64,000 bases of DNA from Octopus bimaculoides. Its lineage: Eukaryota. The DNA lies in NCBI RefSeq assembly GCF_001194135.2, contig NC_068984.1:8814849-8878848 (forward strand). Reading direction: 5' to 3'. The position numbers were made by a program, and so were the translations under genes. Below the pieces are notes generated by a model. It saw only the letters and a program-made list of their open reading frames with translations, was not told the origin of the DNA and searched no databases. Positions 1 through 12,830 of this stretch are shown here, in pieces (within the stretch, counting starts at the first letter, position 1; each line of letters starts with the position of its first letter).

Positions 1-770
1 TTGTTTATAAAAGAGAATCCACTCTCAACCTTCTAATCTAACTCAGTCTCATCTTCAGTTTTAAGTGAAATTGGTTTATTATATCCTTTTATATGTCTAA
101 GGTCAATGTCATACTTATCCGCTAGAATATCTATTTTTGGTTGTTAAATTCAACGTCAGCAGGTAGGCGGTTGTGGTTATTTTTCTATTTCAACTTATGC
201 GTATTATCTCTGAAATTATTACGTATTACATCCATTATTAGATGCTATTGTTGGATATTTTTCAGACTTTAGATGCATTGTCAACTATTGTTTTCTTAGT
301 TTTGTTTTATGATTTAGTACACTACTTGCGTTCCATGATGTTAGTGTATGATCCGATTGGAGATTGTGTTGTATTCGTACGGTCAATGTAATAGTTGGAG
401 TGACGCAGATGTTTAGAAATATCATATAATAAATCACAATAGTTTTTAACGTTCTTCAAAAAATATAGCAACGTAACGTTAACATTAATTCATTGTTTGG
501 TCTAATTCACCTTGTTGTGTTCCCTTTCTGGTGTTATAATTAACTCCTCATTTAGTTGGTACTTTTTGGTTATCTCACCTCCATTAAACAATTGAGGATT
601 TCTTTTTTGCAAAAACAAAAACAATATCAAACAACAAAATCCTACTAAATCCCCAAAAATCAGATGCCTACGTTACAGTCGCGTCTTCCACGTTCTTCAC
701 TTCAAGACCGCTGCGAAATCACGTCTTGACAGCATTCGATGCAAAAACAAAACTGACACACGCATGCACA

Positions 771-807
771 GTAAGCAAGCTATATACCACACAGCCACTG
801 CAGCGCC
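771..807 (-). mobile_element. SINE family A head fragment
   Basis: Reverse complement GGCGCTGCAGTGGCTGTGTGGTATATAGCTTGCTTAC matches the 5' end of full A copies (e.g. 7997 minus, 46815 plus). Confidence 0.75.
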
Positions 808-820
808 TATCTGTAGATTG

Positions 821-909
821 CTTAGCCAGTTACACGTAAATTTCACGAGCAGACAGTTCCGTTGTTCGGATCAACAGGAACCTTCGTTAACGTTACCGAC
901 GAAGTGCCA
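821..909 (+). mobile_element. SINE family C 3' fragment
   Basis: Aligns with 51703-51792 (cagccacttgcacgttaatttcacgagcagg...gacggagtgcca). Confidence 0.8.
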
Positions 910-1014
910 GGTTTACAGTTATAAAAATCGTTGCCGTCACTCGCAAGCGAGTATGGCTTATTGGCTTGTACCATATTCTCACTAATTCTTTAAAGAGGAC
1001 AAGGATAGGATAAT

Positions 1015-1258
1015 ACTCCTTCCCCAGTCATACTGACTCGCAAGACCGCTTTCCCGATTTTCGTGGCGTATATATTCTTCATTGGAAGGGGCACCTGTCC
1101 GTTGCAGGATAATTTATTTTAGCTAGCTGAGTGAAACATAACAACGTGAAATGAAATGTCTTGCTTCAGAACACAACACGTTCACCGGTCCAAGAACTGA
1201 GACCACAATTTTACAATCATGATCCCAATTCCCCTGACCACTGAGTAACATGCCCCCA
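1015..1258 (-). mobile_element. SINE family D, degenerate
   Basis: Minus strand has a tRNA-like head, then gtgttgtgttctgaagcaagacatttcatttcacgttg (as at 16313 and 27235), then a cctgcaacggac-type tail. Confidence 0.65.
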
Positions 1259-1706
1259 CCAATTGATTCAGGAGCCTATTTAACCATAAGCAGTCATAGA
1301 TGTACTCTTGACTTCCGCGCTTTTGATCCAGCGAAACATAATGGATGTGATAAACAGAGAAAAGAGACGATCCCGACCCCAGTAGTTAGCTAGTATTCAT
1401 TTTCGAACGAGCAGTCTTGATCTAAGTAAAAGACAATGTCTTGTTCTAGAATATAACGTATTGCCTGTCCAAGAGTCAAACCCAAGAAGATATAATTTAG
1501 TTTACGCTTCAATCCGCCTTGCAAAAATCAAGTAAGTTTGACAAACATGGCTTAGGTTACATGAAAAATCTACATCAAAAACCTTGGGAAACAGCAAGGT
1601 GGTGGTGGTTGGGGAGTATCGATGTACCTGGCAGGGTTACCTAGTACTGAAAAATCAAACGCGCCGATGGTGCTGGATCTCGGTAGGGTCTCTATAACAA
1701 TAATAA

Positions 1707-1906
1707 ATGATAAATGATGACAAAGATGACGACGACGACAATGAGGATACTGATGATGATGACGACGACCACCACCACCACGATGAACATGATGATGATG
1801 ACGACTACGACGACGACGATGATGGTGATGATGATGATGATGATGATGATGAGGATGATGATGATGAGGGTGATGATGATGAGGGTGATAATGATGAGGA
1901 TGAGGG

Positions 1907-1942
<36 letters not shown>

Positions 1943-2034
1943 GGGTGATGATGATGATGATGAGGGTGATGATGATGATGATGATGAAGATGATGATGAG
2001 GATGAGGATGATGATGATGATGGTGATGACGACT

Positions 2035-2086
<52 letters not shown>

Positions 2087-2298
2087 TGGTGATGATGATT
2101 ATCATGATGATGACGGCAACGACAACGATGACGAAGATAATGATGATGACGACGACAACCACGACAACGAGAATGATGATCATTGCCATCATCATCATCA
2201 CCGCCATCGCTAGAATCATCATTAACATCATCAACACCACCACCATCATCATCATCGTGAACAGTAACAGCATCAGCATCAGTTCGGTACCATCATGC
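1707..2298. repeat. Compound (GAT/GAC/CAT)n trinucleotide tract
   Basis: Direct reading; it produces the poly-D, poly-M/T and poly-I/V ORFs in the track. Confidence 0.97.
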
Positions 2299-2667
2299 TA
2301 ATTTGAACAAAGAAGAAACAACAAAGGATGAAGCCACTTTTAATGTGGTGACGATGATAATCGAACACGAGGGATGGAGGCAGATGCGAAGAACAGAGAT
2401 GAAAATAACTCCACTCTTGGAGTGTGACTGACACTTAGAACATGTTCAAAGGGTACCATTGAACTGAACCTCGGCGGCATGGTGAGGTGCAGACAGAGCA
2501 TGTCTGTGCATACGTTAATTATATAGACACACTCATTCTAACCTTCAATGGTGTGCTTACATACAAACGATCCCTCATACATACACACCTATATATGCAA
2601 GCGTTATACACTCACACACGCAAGCGCGATAGCGCACGCGCACACACACACGCATACAGCCCCCCCC

Positions 2668-2698
<31 letters not shown>

Positions 2699-3069
2699 CT
2701 TATTTATATGCACATGCATATATACATACGGATATATATATATGTATACGTATTATGGAATCGTTGATGTGTGACAATGATTGCATAGAGAGTGACGGTG
2801 GTATACGATAGAAAAATATGAATAGCTTAGAAGTATGTGGATATATGTCTGTGTGCATACATGCTTGTATGTATGCATGAATTAATGTACCTATGTATGT
2901 TTTATAAATTAGCTATATACACCCGTAACAGCGCTTGTAACGAATGTGTTAATTATTGCACAAACGCACGCCAACATAAAGCTATTTATATATCTATATA
3001 AACATGAATATACATACATATATGTGTGTGTGCGTGTGTGTGTATGTATGCATGTATGTATTATATACG

Positions 3070-3100
<31 letters not shown>

Positions 3101-3358
3101 NNNNNNNNNNNNNNNNNNNNNNNNNNNNNNNNNNNNNNNNNNNNNNNNNNNNNNNNNNNNNNNNNNNNNNNNNNNNNNNNNNNNNNNNNNNNNNNNNNNN
3201 NNNNNNNNNNNNNNNNNNNNNNNNNNNNNNNNNNNNNNNNNNNNNNNNNNNNNNNNNNNNNNNNNNNNNNNNNNNNNNNNNNNNNNNNNNNNNNNNNNNN
3301 NNNNNNNNNNNNNNNNNNNNNNNNNNNNNNNNNNNNNNNNNNNNNNNNTATATATATA

Positions 3359-3725
3359 GGCGTAGGAGTGGCTATGTGATAATGGTTCCGGGTTCATTCC
3401 CACTGCGTGGCACCTTGGGCAAGTGTCTTCTACTATAGTCCCGGGTCGACCAAATCTTGTGAGCGGAATTGGGAGACGGAACCTGAAAGAAACCCGTCGT
3501 ATATATGAATATATGTGTATGTATGTGTGTGTGTGTATGTTTGTGTCTGTGTTTGTCCCCCCAACATCGCTTGACAACCGATGGTGGTGTGTTTACGACC
3601 CCGTAACTTAGCGGTTCGGCCTGATAGAATAAGTACTAGGCTTCCAAAGTATAAGTCTTGGGGTCAATTTGCTCGACTAAAGGTGGTGCTCCAGCATGGA
3701 TGCATTCAAATGACTGAAAGAAGTG
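3359..3725 (+). mobile_element. SINE family A, near full length
   Basis: ggcgtaggagtggct head (with internal deletion), gtggcaccttgggcaagtgtcttctactatag body, central AT/GT microsatellite, ggtgctccagcatgg 3' part. Confidence 0.9.
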
Positions 3726-3744
3726 ATTGAGTGTATATATATAA

Positions 3745-4263
3745 TGAGAGAGAGGGAGGGAGAGGGAAAGGATGGCGAAGAGTAATAAACAGATTGACAG
3801 ACAGAACGTTGAAGCAAGCAAACAGGACGCCATTGAAGAAAATGAAAGTGAAATGGAAGAGAGAGAGACAGAGAGAGAGAGACAGAGAGAGAGAGACAGA
3901 GAGAGAGAGAACGTAAGAGCAAGAGAATAAGAGAGTGAAAGATAGTGTGCGCGTGTGTGAGAATGTGAATAAGAGAGAGAGACAGACCAAGACTGTGAGA
4001 ATAACCGGAAGTGAAGCAAAGAGAGAGAGAGGGGGAGAAGAAATGAGGGGGAATAAAAGACAGAGAGGTGAAGAAAAAGAATAGGAGTAAGAGAGAGAGA
4101 GAGAGAGAGAGGAAAAGACAGAGAATAAGAATGAAAGACGTAGAGGGTGGAGAGGAGACAGGGTGAGAGAGAGAGAGAGAGGAAAAGACAGAGAATAAGA
4201 ATGAATGAATAAGTGAGTGGGTAGGAGGCAGAGTGAGAGAGAGAGAGTGAGAGAGAGAGAGAG

Positions 4264-4307
<44 letters not shown>

Positions 4308-5134
4308 NNNNNNNNNNNNNNNNNNNNNNNNNNNNNNNNNNNNNNNNNNNNNNNNNNNNNNNNNNNNNNNNNNNNNNNNNNNNNNNNNNNNNNNNNNNNN
4401 NNNNNNNNNNNNNNNNNNNNNNNNNNNNNNNNNNNNNNNNNNNNNNNNNNNNNNNNNNNNNNNNNNNNNNNNNNNNNNNNNNNNNNNNNNNNNNNNNNNN
4501 NNNNNNNNNNNNNNNNNNNNNNNNNNNNNNNNNNNNNNNNNNNNNNNNNNNNNNNNNNNNNNNNNNNNNNNNNNNNNNNNNNNNNNNNNNNNNNNNNNNN
4601 NNNNNNNNNNNNNNNNNNNNNNNNNNNNNNNNNNNNNNNNNNNNNNNNNNNNNNNNNNNNNNNNNNNNNNNNNNNNNNNNNNNNNNNNNNNNNNNNNNNN
4701 NNNNNNNNNNNNNNNNNNNNNNNNNNNNNNNNNNNNNNNNNNNNNNNNNNNNNNNNNNNNNNNNNNNNNNNNNNNNNNNNNNNNNNNNNNNNNNNNNNNN
4801 NNNNNNNNNNNNNNNNNNNNNNNNNNNNNNNNNNNNNNNNNNNNNNNNNNNNNNNNNNNNNNNNNNNNNNNNNNNNNNNNNNNNNNNNNNNNNNNNNNNN
4901 NNNNNNNNNNNNNNNNNNNNNNNNNNNNNNNNNNNNNNNNNNNNNNNNNNNNNNNNNNNNNNNNNNNNNNNNNNNNNNNNNNNNNNNNNNNNNNNNNNNN
5001 NNNNNNNNNNNNNNNNNNNNNNNNNNNNNNNNNNNNNNNNNNNNNNNNNNNNNNNNNNNNNNNNNNNNNNNNNNNNCTAGAAAGAGTAGGAGGAGTGTAA
5101 ACGCTGAGAAAGGGAGGATGTGTAAGTGTGTGTG

Positions 5135-5168
<34 letters not shown>

Positions 5169-5270
5169 ATTTTTGAGTGTTTAAGTGAGATTTTGTGAGT
5201 CTGAAATAAGCTTTGTTTGTGTGTCTGTGCGTGTGATTAAACCTGTCTGCGTTTGAATGTGTTGGCGTGT

Positions 5271-5306
<36 letters not shown>

Positions 5307-5400
5307 AACTCTCTGTGTGTGTTTGAATATGTGTGTGTGTGTGTTTGTGTTTGTGTGTGTACTATGTATGTATGTGTGTGTGTTTGTGTATATGAGTGTA
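3745..5400. repeat. GA-rich and (GT)n low-complexity block spanning an N gap (4308-5076)
   Basis: Direct reading; includes a duplicated gagagagagagaggaaaagacagagaataagaatgaa segment near 4095 and 4170. Confidence 0.92.
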
Positions 5401-5802
5401 TGCGTGTGTGAGTGGAGCTAAACGCGTGTTGGTGTATGTATACATTTCAAAAGAAAGCAGAAATAAAATGAAATAAAAGCTGATGGAATAAGTGTGTAGC
5501 ATTTTAAAAACATAATGAGCCAAGTGCGATAACTCATATAAGTCCAATGGTATAAGCATAAATAAACATGATACGACAGGTAGACAAAATGGCGTAATTG
5601 CGTACAAACTATTCTGAATAAATTGAAATATCTGTCTTGTTTCTAGACAACCTATAAAAATGTAGAAACATAGCGGTTATCGTTGGCGACTATCAAAGAC
5701 AAGGAAGGATAATTTATAAAAATTAAAACTTAATTTCTTAAAATTACTTTGCATACATAGTTTCAGACATGGCTACACGGTTAGAAAGATCGAATCGCAT
5801 CC

Positions 5803-6229
5803 ATTTTTTTCTACTCTAGGCGTAAGGTCCGAAATTTTGGGGGAAGGGGCCAGTTGATTAGGAAGATCCCAGTACTCAACTGCTACTTAACGACCCCGAA
5901 AGACTGAAAAGCAGAGTCAACCGCGGCGGAATTTGAACTCAGAACGTAAAGACAGACGAAACACCACTAAGCATTTCGCCCGGCGTGCTAACGTTTCTTA
6001 TTTCTTTACTGCTCACAAGGGGCTACACACAGAGGGGACAAAGAAGGACAGACAAACGGATTAAGTCGATTATATCGACGCCAGTGCGTAACTGGTACTT
6101 ATTTAATCGACCCCGAAAGACTGAAAAGCAAAGTCGACCTCGGCGGAAATGAAACTCAGAACGTAAAGACAGACGAAATACCGCTAAGCATTTCACCCGA
6201 CGTGCTAACGTTACCGTCAGCCCTCCGCC
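5803..6229 (-). mobile_element. SINE family B head-to-tail dimer (tail-2 monomer followed by tail-1 monomer)
   Basis: Two consecutive B bodies on the minus strand; junction at about 5997 reads ...agtaaagaaataa/gaaacgttagcacgccggg. Confidence 0.9.
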
Positions 6230-6334
6230 TTGTAAGACCAATATAATGCACCAGCGTGTGTTTGAGTTTGTCTATGCGCGTGTAGATATCCATAAGTGCA
6301 TGGGGCTGCATTTATTTGAGTATATATTTACGTA

Positions 6335-6353
6335 TGTATATATATATATATAT

Positions 6354-6410
<57 letters not shown>

Positions 6411-6411
6411 C

Positions 6412-6448
<37 letters not shown>

Positions 6449-6454
6449 TGTACG

Positions 6455-6545
<91 letters not shown>
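6335..6545. repeat. (GATA)n plus (TA)n microsatellite
   Basis: Direct reading. Confidence 0.98.
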
Positions 6546-6551
<6 letters not shown>

Positions 6552-6989
6552 ATATTTATATGTATACACACATGCACACTTACAAATACACATATTGTAA
6601 TTAGAATACGAATTCTGCTTTAGAGATGCATATTCGTCTGTATGTGCAAGTGTTTGCACATAATTGCGCACATATTGACACGGCTGAATGGGAGGATGTT
6701 CGATTCAGAATTAAGAAGGCGCACGTTCAATCCCACTAATGGCAACGTGTGATCGAATCGATTTTATTGTTCAATCGATAACCTATCTAGCATAGAGATG
6801 TATGATGTTGAACCAGTATTAGAAATCAATATTTATTACTTAAATTAAAAGATTATATAACAGGTGAAGGTATGATTTCTATAACAGCGCTAAACAAGGC
6901 AGAAGAGAGCATTAAAAAATTGCTATTCTTACTCAGGGTTACAACATCGTATAAAATTGGTGATGTGGGCTGAGACTTGTAGATAAGTA

Positions 6990-7028
<39 letters not shown>

Positions 7029-7569
7029 TGTACTCTCAGCTAAGCGCTGAGAGAGTCCACACGAACATGGAGATTTCAGCAACACGCCGCTACGCCGATG
7101 ACGGCGGAGATAGAATCAACCTGGTCATTTAATATGGCACCCTCCCTATCACCACAAGAGTTATGAATAATGTGACATGGTATTGGTGTTTGTGTTTGGG
7201 TTTCCTGGAAAAAACTGCTTGATGAAATTTATCATCGGGGGCATGGTTTGTGTAGAACCAATTCCATTCCTTCCTTCTCCGAATCTGAATTTGTCTGGTG
7301 CAACAAGTACCACAAGACAAGTAGTTTAGTTATCAGGATACAAGTTATATATGGAGTCCCCTTCTTTTAGATGAACAGCTAAAGAACTGCTCACCTGTGC
7401 TGGGATCTTTAGCGTGTGTGTTTGATTGACCTACTTCCGAAAGCATTTCTATGATATGCTAATCAACAGACAGCTGGGACCCTGACAAAATGCTACTGCT
7501 CCGGATCAGACCTCGGTATTATAGCATACTATTGTTGCCCACTTGAAGTAAAATTGTCGTATATTCAAT

Positions 7570-7797
7570 TACTCTTTACTCTTTACTCTTTTACTTGTCT
7601 CAGTCATTTGACTGCGGCCATGCTGGAGCACCGCCTTTAGTCGAGCAAATCGACCCCAGGACTTATTCTTTGGAAGCCTAGTACTTATTCTATCGGTTTC
7701 TTTTGCCGAACCGCTAAGTTAGGGGTCATAAACACACCAGCATCGATTGTCAAGCGAGGGGGGAACCAAACACAGACACACACACACNNNNNNNNNN

Positions 7798-7832
<35 letters not shown>

Positions 7833-7997
7833 TACAACGGGCTTCTTTCAGTTTCTGTCTACCAAATCCACTCACAAGGCTTTGGTCGGCCCGAGGCTAT
7901 AGTAGTAGACACTTGCCCAGGGTGCCACGCAGTGGGACTGAACCCGGACCCATGTGGCTGGTAAGCAAGCTACTTACCACACAGCCACTCCTGCGCC
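7570..7997 (-). mobile_element. SINE family A, full length
   Basis: Minus strand runs from GGCGCAGGAGTGGCTGTGTGGTAAGTAGC to the (aaagagta)n tail; a 10-N gap lies in the central microsatellite. Confidence 0.95.
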
Positions 7998-8293
7998 TAT
8001 ATATTTTTATAATATATTCACTAATGTAAAAGATGAAGTTTGTTATATATAGCTCTCATGTTGGTTGAAGTTTGTTCCTCTTGTCCCCTTGACTACGTTT
8101 GTTTGAAGAATGGTTTCATCTGAACAGTGGGTGGACACACTGTGATGAAGGGTGAGTAAGAGAGGGTAAGATTGCGATACCATTTATGTTGCAAATGATG
8201 TGAAAAGATTTTGTGAGATGCGTTCTAGTGTCTCATACATTCAGCTTCATAACCTCAGCTTTTTTAAAATTTCTAAGCAAATATTACATACAG

Positions 8294-8430
8294 GTATAGG
8301 TACAGGAATGGTTGTGTGGTTAATGCGTTCGCTTTGTAACCGCCTGGTTTCGAGTTCCAACCCACTGCGCGTAAAGTAGATAAATGTCTTCCAGTATAGC
8401 TTCGGACCATGCAATGCTTTCTTGGCGGAA
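8294..8430 (+). mobile_element. SINE family A 5' part, old and diverged
   Basis: ggtacaggaatggttgtgtggt...cccactgcg...aatgtcttccagtatagc resembles the A head and body. Confidence 0.55.
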
Positions 8431-8653
8431 AAAATATGAATTCTTTAGACCAGGTCCAGAATAGTACTGGACGAGTATTTTTCTACACGGACAAATGAAT
8501 TTTGGAAGAGAGGCTCGCAAATCTACCAGGTAGCTTGGAGGAGCATTGTAGAAAATGGAGGAGAGTATATTAGATTAGAAAAGAATTTTGTTTATCTTAA
8601 TTTTGAAAAATAAAAGAAGTATAAAAAACCGCATTTTTTATGGGATGACCCAG
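8431..8653 (+). mobile_element. mariner transposon 3' end (transposase C-terminus plus right TIR)
   Basis: Translates VLDEYFSTRTNEFWKRG...WRSIVENGGEYI, typical of a mariner C-terminus; ends aaaaaaccgcattttttatgggatgacccag/TA. Confidence 0.8.
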
Positions 8654-9067
8654 TATATATGTATATGTATATATATATACACACAGTGAGAGAGAGGCGG
8701 GGATGTTACAAATATCTATATCTTTAGATTATATACATAGATATTATTTATTTGCGTCTATGTGTGTACATTTGCCTCTCGTTCTTTGTGTAGATGTGTA
8801 CATATTTTTCTATGCGTACCAGCAGACTAAATAAATGTTTACCATATCTGGATATCTGGACATACATAAGCATCTAAATATTAAACAAAAATAAATAAGA
8901 CACATTGATTTCTTTTTTTGTATCTGAAACAAAATCCAATATCTTTGTTTTATCTTCTCTACATATATTATCGTCATATATCTACATATGCAGCTAAGTA
9001 AATATGAAAACAATTATAGATATGTTTGGGAAATGTAGCATTGTTATATAAACAAGTTAATGCGGCG

Positions 9068-9308
9068 AATTGGTAGAGTCGTTAGAACCCGGCAATGCTT
9101 GTTCTGTTTCACTGAGTCCAGGGTTCAAATTTCATCTCGGTCATCTTTACTTTTCATCAAAACTGGGTCGATAAATTACTTGCTGGTGTCTAGTGGCTGT
9201 GTTGGACTCATGAGCATACTGTAGTAGGTTCTATTCCCAGACAATATGACGTACTGTATCCTTGAGCAAGAGACTTCCTTTCACGTCACTGCAGTCTACT
9301 CAGCCATC
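9068..9308 (+). mobile_element. Adjacent degenerate SINE B (9068-9180) and SINE D (9190-9308) fragments
   Basis: gggttcaaattt...cttttcatc...gggtcgataaat (B type) and ttggactcatga...ccttgagcaagagacttcctttcacg (D type). Confidence 0.55.
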
Positions 9309-9740
9309 TCGCCTCGCTCCAGCTGTAACAACCTGGGTGTGTCACTAGGTGAAGGTTAGGTGGGCCTATAGGATGGGTATGTAGGTGGTGGTTCTTTAAA
9401 GAAGAGCGGGAGGGGAATAAGAGGACGAAGGAAAGAAAACGGGGAAGAAAGAAGGAAAAGGAGGAGGGGAGGAGAAGCAGTAGAAGGAGAATGCCAATAG
9501 GAAAGAGGAGGATGAGGAGAAGGGGGAAAGGGTGAAGGAAAAGTAGAAGAAGATTAACAACAACAGTGGAGAATAGGTAGCGGAGGTGAAGAAAGGAAAA
9601 CATGGAAGAAAGAAGGAAAAGGAGGTGGATAAGAGGGGAAGCGGGGGAGAAGCAAGAGACGGAGGACAACAAAGAGGAGGAAAGGGAGAGGGGAAAGAAG
9701 AGGGGAGAGAGAAGAAGAAGAAGAAATATCTTCAAGGTAT

Positions 9741-10368
9741 AGGCGTAGGTATAGTTGTAGGAGTGGCTGTGTGGTAAGTAGCTTGCTTACCAGCCACATT
9801 GTTCCGTGTTCAGTCCCACTGCGTGGCACCTTGGTCAAGTGTCTTCTACTATAGCCTTGGACCGACCAAAGCCGTGTGAGTTCATTTGGTAGACAGAAAC
9901 TGAAAGAAGCCCGTCGTGTATATGTATATATATATATATATATAAATATATATATAATTATTATAAAATATGGTAATTAATCATATATTAATTAATATCG
10001 ATTAATTATCAGGAGGCCAGCACATCTAAAGAATCAAAGAGATTCAGAAATAATATCTGCAATCTCAGGGGATTAAGGTACATTTTTAAAAATAACGTTG
10101 ACCACTAACGTGGACAATTAATGTGCTAGAAATAGATCACATCTTGTGACTATTAAGACCTAAATTGCTCTCAACATGAAATATAGCAGCATACCAAAAC
10201 GTTGNNNNNNNNNNNNNNNNNNNNNNNNNNNNNNNNNNNNNNNNNNNNNNNNNNNNNNNNNNNNNNNNNNNNNNNNNNNNNNNNNNNNNNNNNNNNNNNN
10301 NNNNNNNNNNNNNNNNNNNNNNNNNNNNNNNNNNNNNNNNNNNNNNNNNNNNNNNNNNNNNNNNNNNN

Positions 10369-10403
<35 letters not shown>

Positions 10404-10560
10404 GTGTGTGTGTGTGTGTGTTTGTCCTCCCAATATTGCTTGACAACCGATGCTTGTGTGTTTACGTCCCCGTAACTTAGCGGTTCGGCTAAAGAGACCG
10501 ATAGAATAAGTACTAGGCTTACACAGAATAAGTCCTGGGGTCAAGTAAAAGAGAGTAAGC
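9741..10560 (+). mobile_element. SINE family A split into a 5' half (9741-9917) and a 3' half (10410-10560)
   Basis: Both halves match A in the same orientation; they are separated by (TA)n, about 250 bp of unrelated sequence and an N gap. Confidence 0.8.
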
Positions 10561-10863
10561 TAAATGGTAAATATTTTAAGGCATCAATCTGTTTTTCGAA
10601 ATGTCTCGAAATTCCGTGTAGAATCCTCACTGATGCAGGTGGACACCAGGCGTCGCTCTACTCTTCTTCTAACCGCCTAGTTATTGATAAAGTCACTCTA
10701 ATTAAGGTCTTGTATTTTCAGGTGGAATCTACTGTAAAAAGCGACCATTTTCCTGGCTGCTTTTCAAGAGCTATATTTCGCGTTCGTGTTGTAAGACATC
10801 AGTTTGTTTGCCAGAGTGTCTGGTAAAATATTATGTGAAAAGTCAAGGTTACTTTGTACAGAT

Positions 10864-11198
10864 CAGTGGTTTACAACGGGGTCCATATGACCTTTGAGGG
10901 TTTGCATTAGATTTGGGGGTTCCACGCAACAAAATACTAAATTGGTGATCTACATAAGTATTTGAAGGGCACCTGAAAGAATCTGCATTAAATGTATTTA
11001 TTGGTATGTATTGTAGCTCGGTTTCTCTAGCATTTTACAGAGTTCAACCTACACAAATTAATGTGTGGAAATCAAAATAGGAATTATGAAAGAAGTTTCT
11101 ATAAAACTAGTTTTTAAACATCGAATTGCTATGGGGGTTCACCAGAATGAAATAGTAATCGAAGGGGTCCATAAATATAAAATGGTTGAGAAAACCTG
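10864..11198. mobile_element. hAT-like MITE
   Basis: Termini cagtggtttacaac ... ggttgagaaaacctg; related to 60562-60813 and 63895; the 8-bp flanks (gtacagat / atgtagac) are only partly similar. Confidence 0.7.
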
Positions 11199-11308
11199 AT
11201 GTAGACGGTGATATTAAAATTGTTTATTGCTCCGGTTGAACACCGGCTTCACCTATCGTGATGTATATTCAGCCAGCGAGAGATCCGCCACTAGGAATCC
11301 GTGGCATA

Positions 11309-12174
11309 CGAGGTCTGATCAATAAGTATCCGGACTGTTACCATAGTAACGACGCTAAAATACGCAGATTAAAGCCGCTTGGCACAGATTGCTCTTGAAC
11401 TCTGCTGTGCAGGCGCACTAAGTTTTTACGTTCTAGCTAACTTCCATTGTTTACAGAAGTGCTTGGAAGGAAGGTGTGTAGTGTGTGATCGTCGCATTGA
11501 ACATGACAGAGAAAGTTGTTATGGTGATACTTGCTCAGAGGCCTACACAAACTTACAGAAAGTGTATGGAGAGAAGTGTATGAGGCGCATACAAATATAC
11601 GACTGGTTCAGACGTTTCCAAGATGACTGAAAAAATATCGATATTGACGAACGTTCTGAGAGAACCGCACCTAGCAGAACTGAGATAAACATCACAGATG
11701 TGCGTGCAGCTGTGAGGGGAAATCTTCGAATCACAATTCGTGAGTTGTCAGAGTTAGTGCAGATTAGCTACGGTTCTGTTCAGTCCGTTATTACTGAATA
11801 TTGGGTTTGTGCCAAAACTGTTTTCAGCTTACCAAACTCGGGTTTCAGTTGCACAAAATCTCCTTGATTGTGTCGAAAACGATGAAAACGTTTTGAAAAC
11901 TTTGCGTAGGCCTCTGAGCAGGGATTGCCAAGCTTTTGGCAAAATTTGATGCAAAATCTCTGCTCAACATTTTTTGTTTGTGTCAACGCGACGATCACAC
12001 GTTACATACGTTCGTTTCAAGCACTGCTGTAAACAATGGAAGTGAGCAAGGAAGTTAAAACTTTGTGCGCATGCACAGCTATGTTCAAGGTCAATCTGTG
12101 TCAAGCAGTATTTCTCTCCGTGCTTTAGCTTTGTTACTATAGCAACAGTCCGGATACTTATTGATCAGACGACG
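11309..12174. mobile_element. mariner-derived fold-back element made of two inverted 5' ends
   Basis: TA-flanked; TIRs cgaggtctgatcaataagtatccggactgtt and cgtcgtctgatcaataagtatccggactgtt. Decayed transposase N-terminus on both strands (EAYTNLQKVYGEKCMRRIQIYDWFRRFQ plus; EQRFCIKFCQKLGNPCSEAY minus). Confidence 0.9.
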
Positions 12175-12389
12175 TATTTAGAATTTTCAGTTCACGAGAG
12201 TAAAGGTACTTCCTCAAATCACACCCCTTTAGAAAAGGTCACTTTAAATAACATGGCTCCTTGTTCTCTCCATTTAGACAAATAGACGGGGTTGTCACGG
12301 TTGGGATGTCTTTGATGATGAGCCTGCTCAAGTAGGAATGAGTTGTAGTTTAATGACAACAACAAGAACAACACCAGCAACCAGCTTTA

Positions 12390-12830
12390 TATATCATGAC
12401 GTCAGTTCAGTTAAGCGGTGCTTCGAAATGCTGGATAAAACAGCAAACAACCTTTTTCAAAACAGTTACAAAATGAAGGACTCCTTTTCACAACCATCGG
12501 AGCGAGAAGCGCTCTTCACGAATGCAGTTCGTCAGCTGGTTGTGATCTGTAAACAGTTTTGAGTAGGAACCGGAAAAAGAAGAATGAACACGCGATGCGC
12601 ATGTGCACACTGAGTTCATGAAACGGAAGAGAAGAATAAAAACGTAATGCGCATGTCAAAATAAACCAGATGAGAAGAATCAAACCACTTATATGTTAGT
12701 CTGAATGCTGCGCCTGACACCATTATCAAGCAGCTTTGCTACTTGTCAATAATATGGTCATAGATACACAAAAGAAGCAGAGAGTCGCGGCCGGAAACAT
12801 GTTTCATTTCAGAACCGGAAGCAAACAGTA
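12390..12830. promoter_or_regulatory. Candidate TATA-less housekeeping-type promoter
   Basis: CRE TGACGTCA at 12397-12404; NRF1-like TGCGCATGTGCA at 12596-12607 and TGCGCATGTC at 12648-12657; ETS-like CGGAA cores near 12570, 12623, 12791 and 12814; CpG-enriched non-repeat DNA. Confidence 0.5.

Noticed and set aside
1692-2301. Poly-Asp 168-aa ORF and overlapping poly-M/T and poly-I/V ORFs
   Set aside because: Several frames on both strands are open only because GAT/GAC repeats lack stops there; there is no unique coding sequence or splice support.
7380-7520. Possible RTE-type 3' UTR remnant (gggaccctgacaaaatgctactgctccggatcag)
   Set aside because: Similarity rests on memory of a short motif and is too decayed to support.
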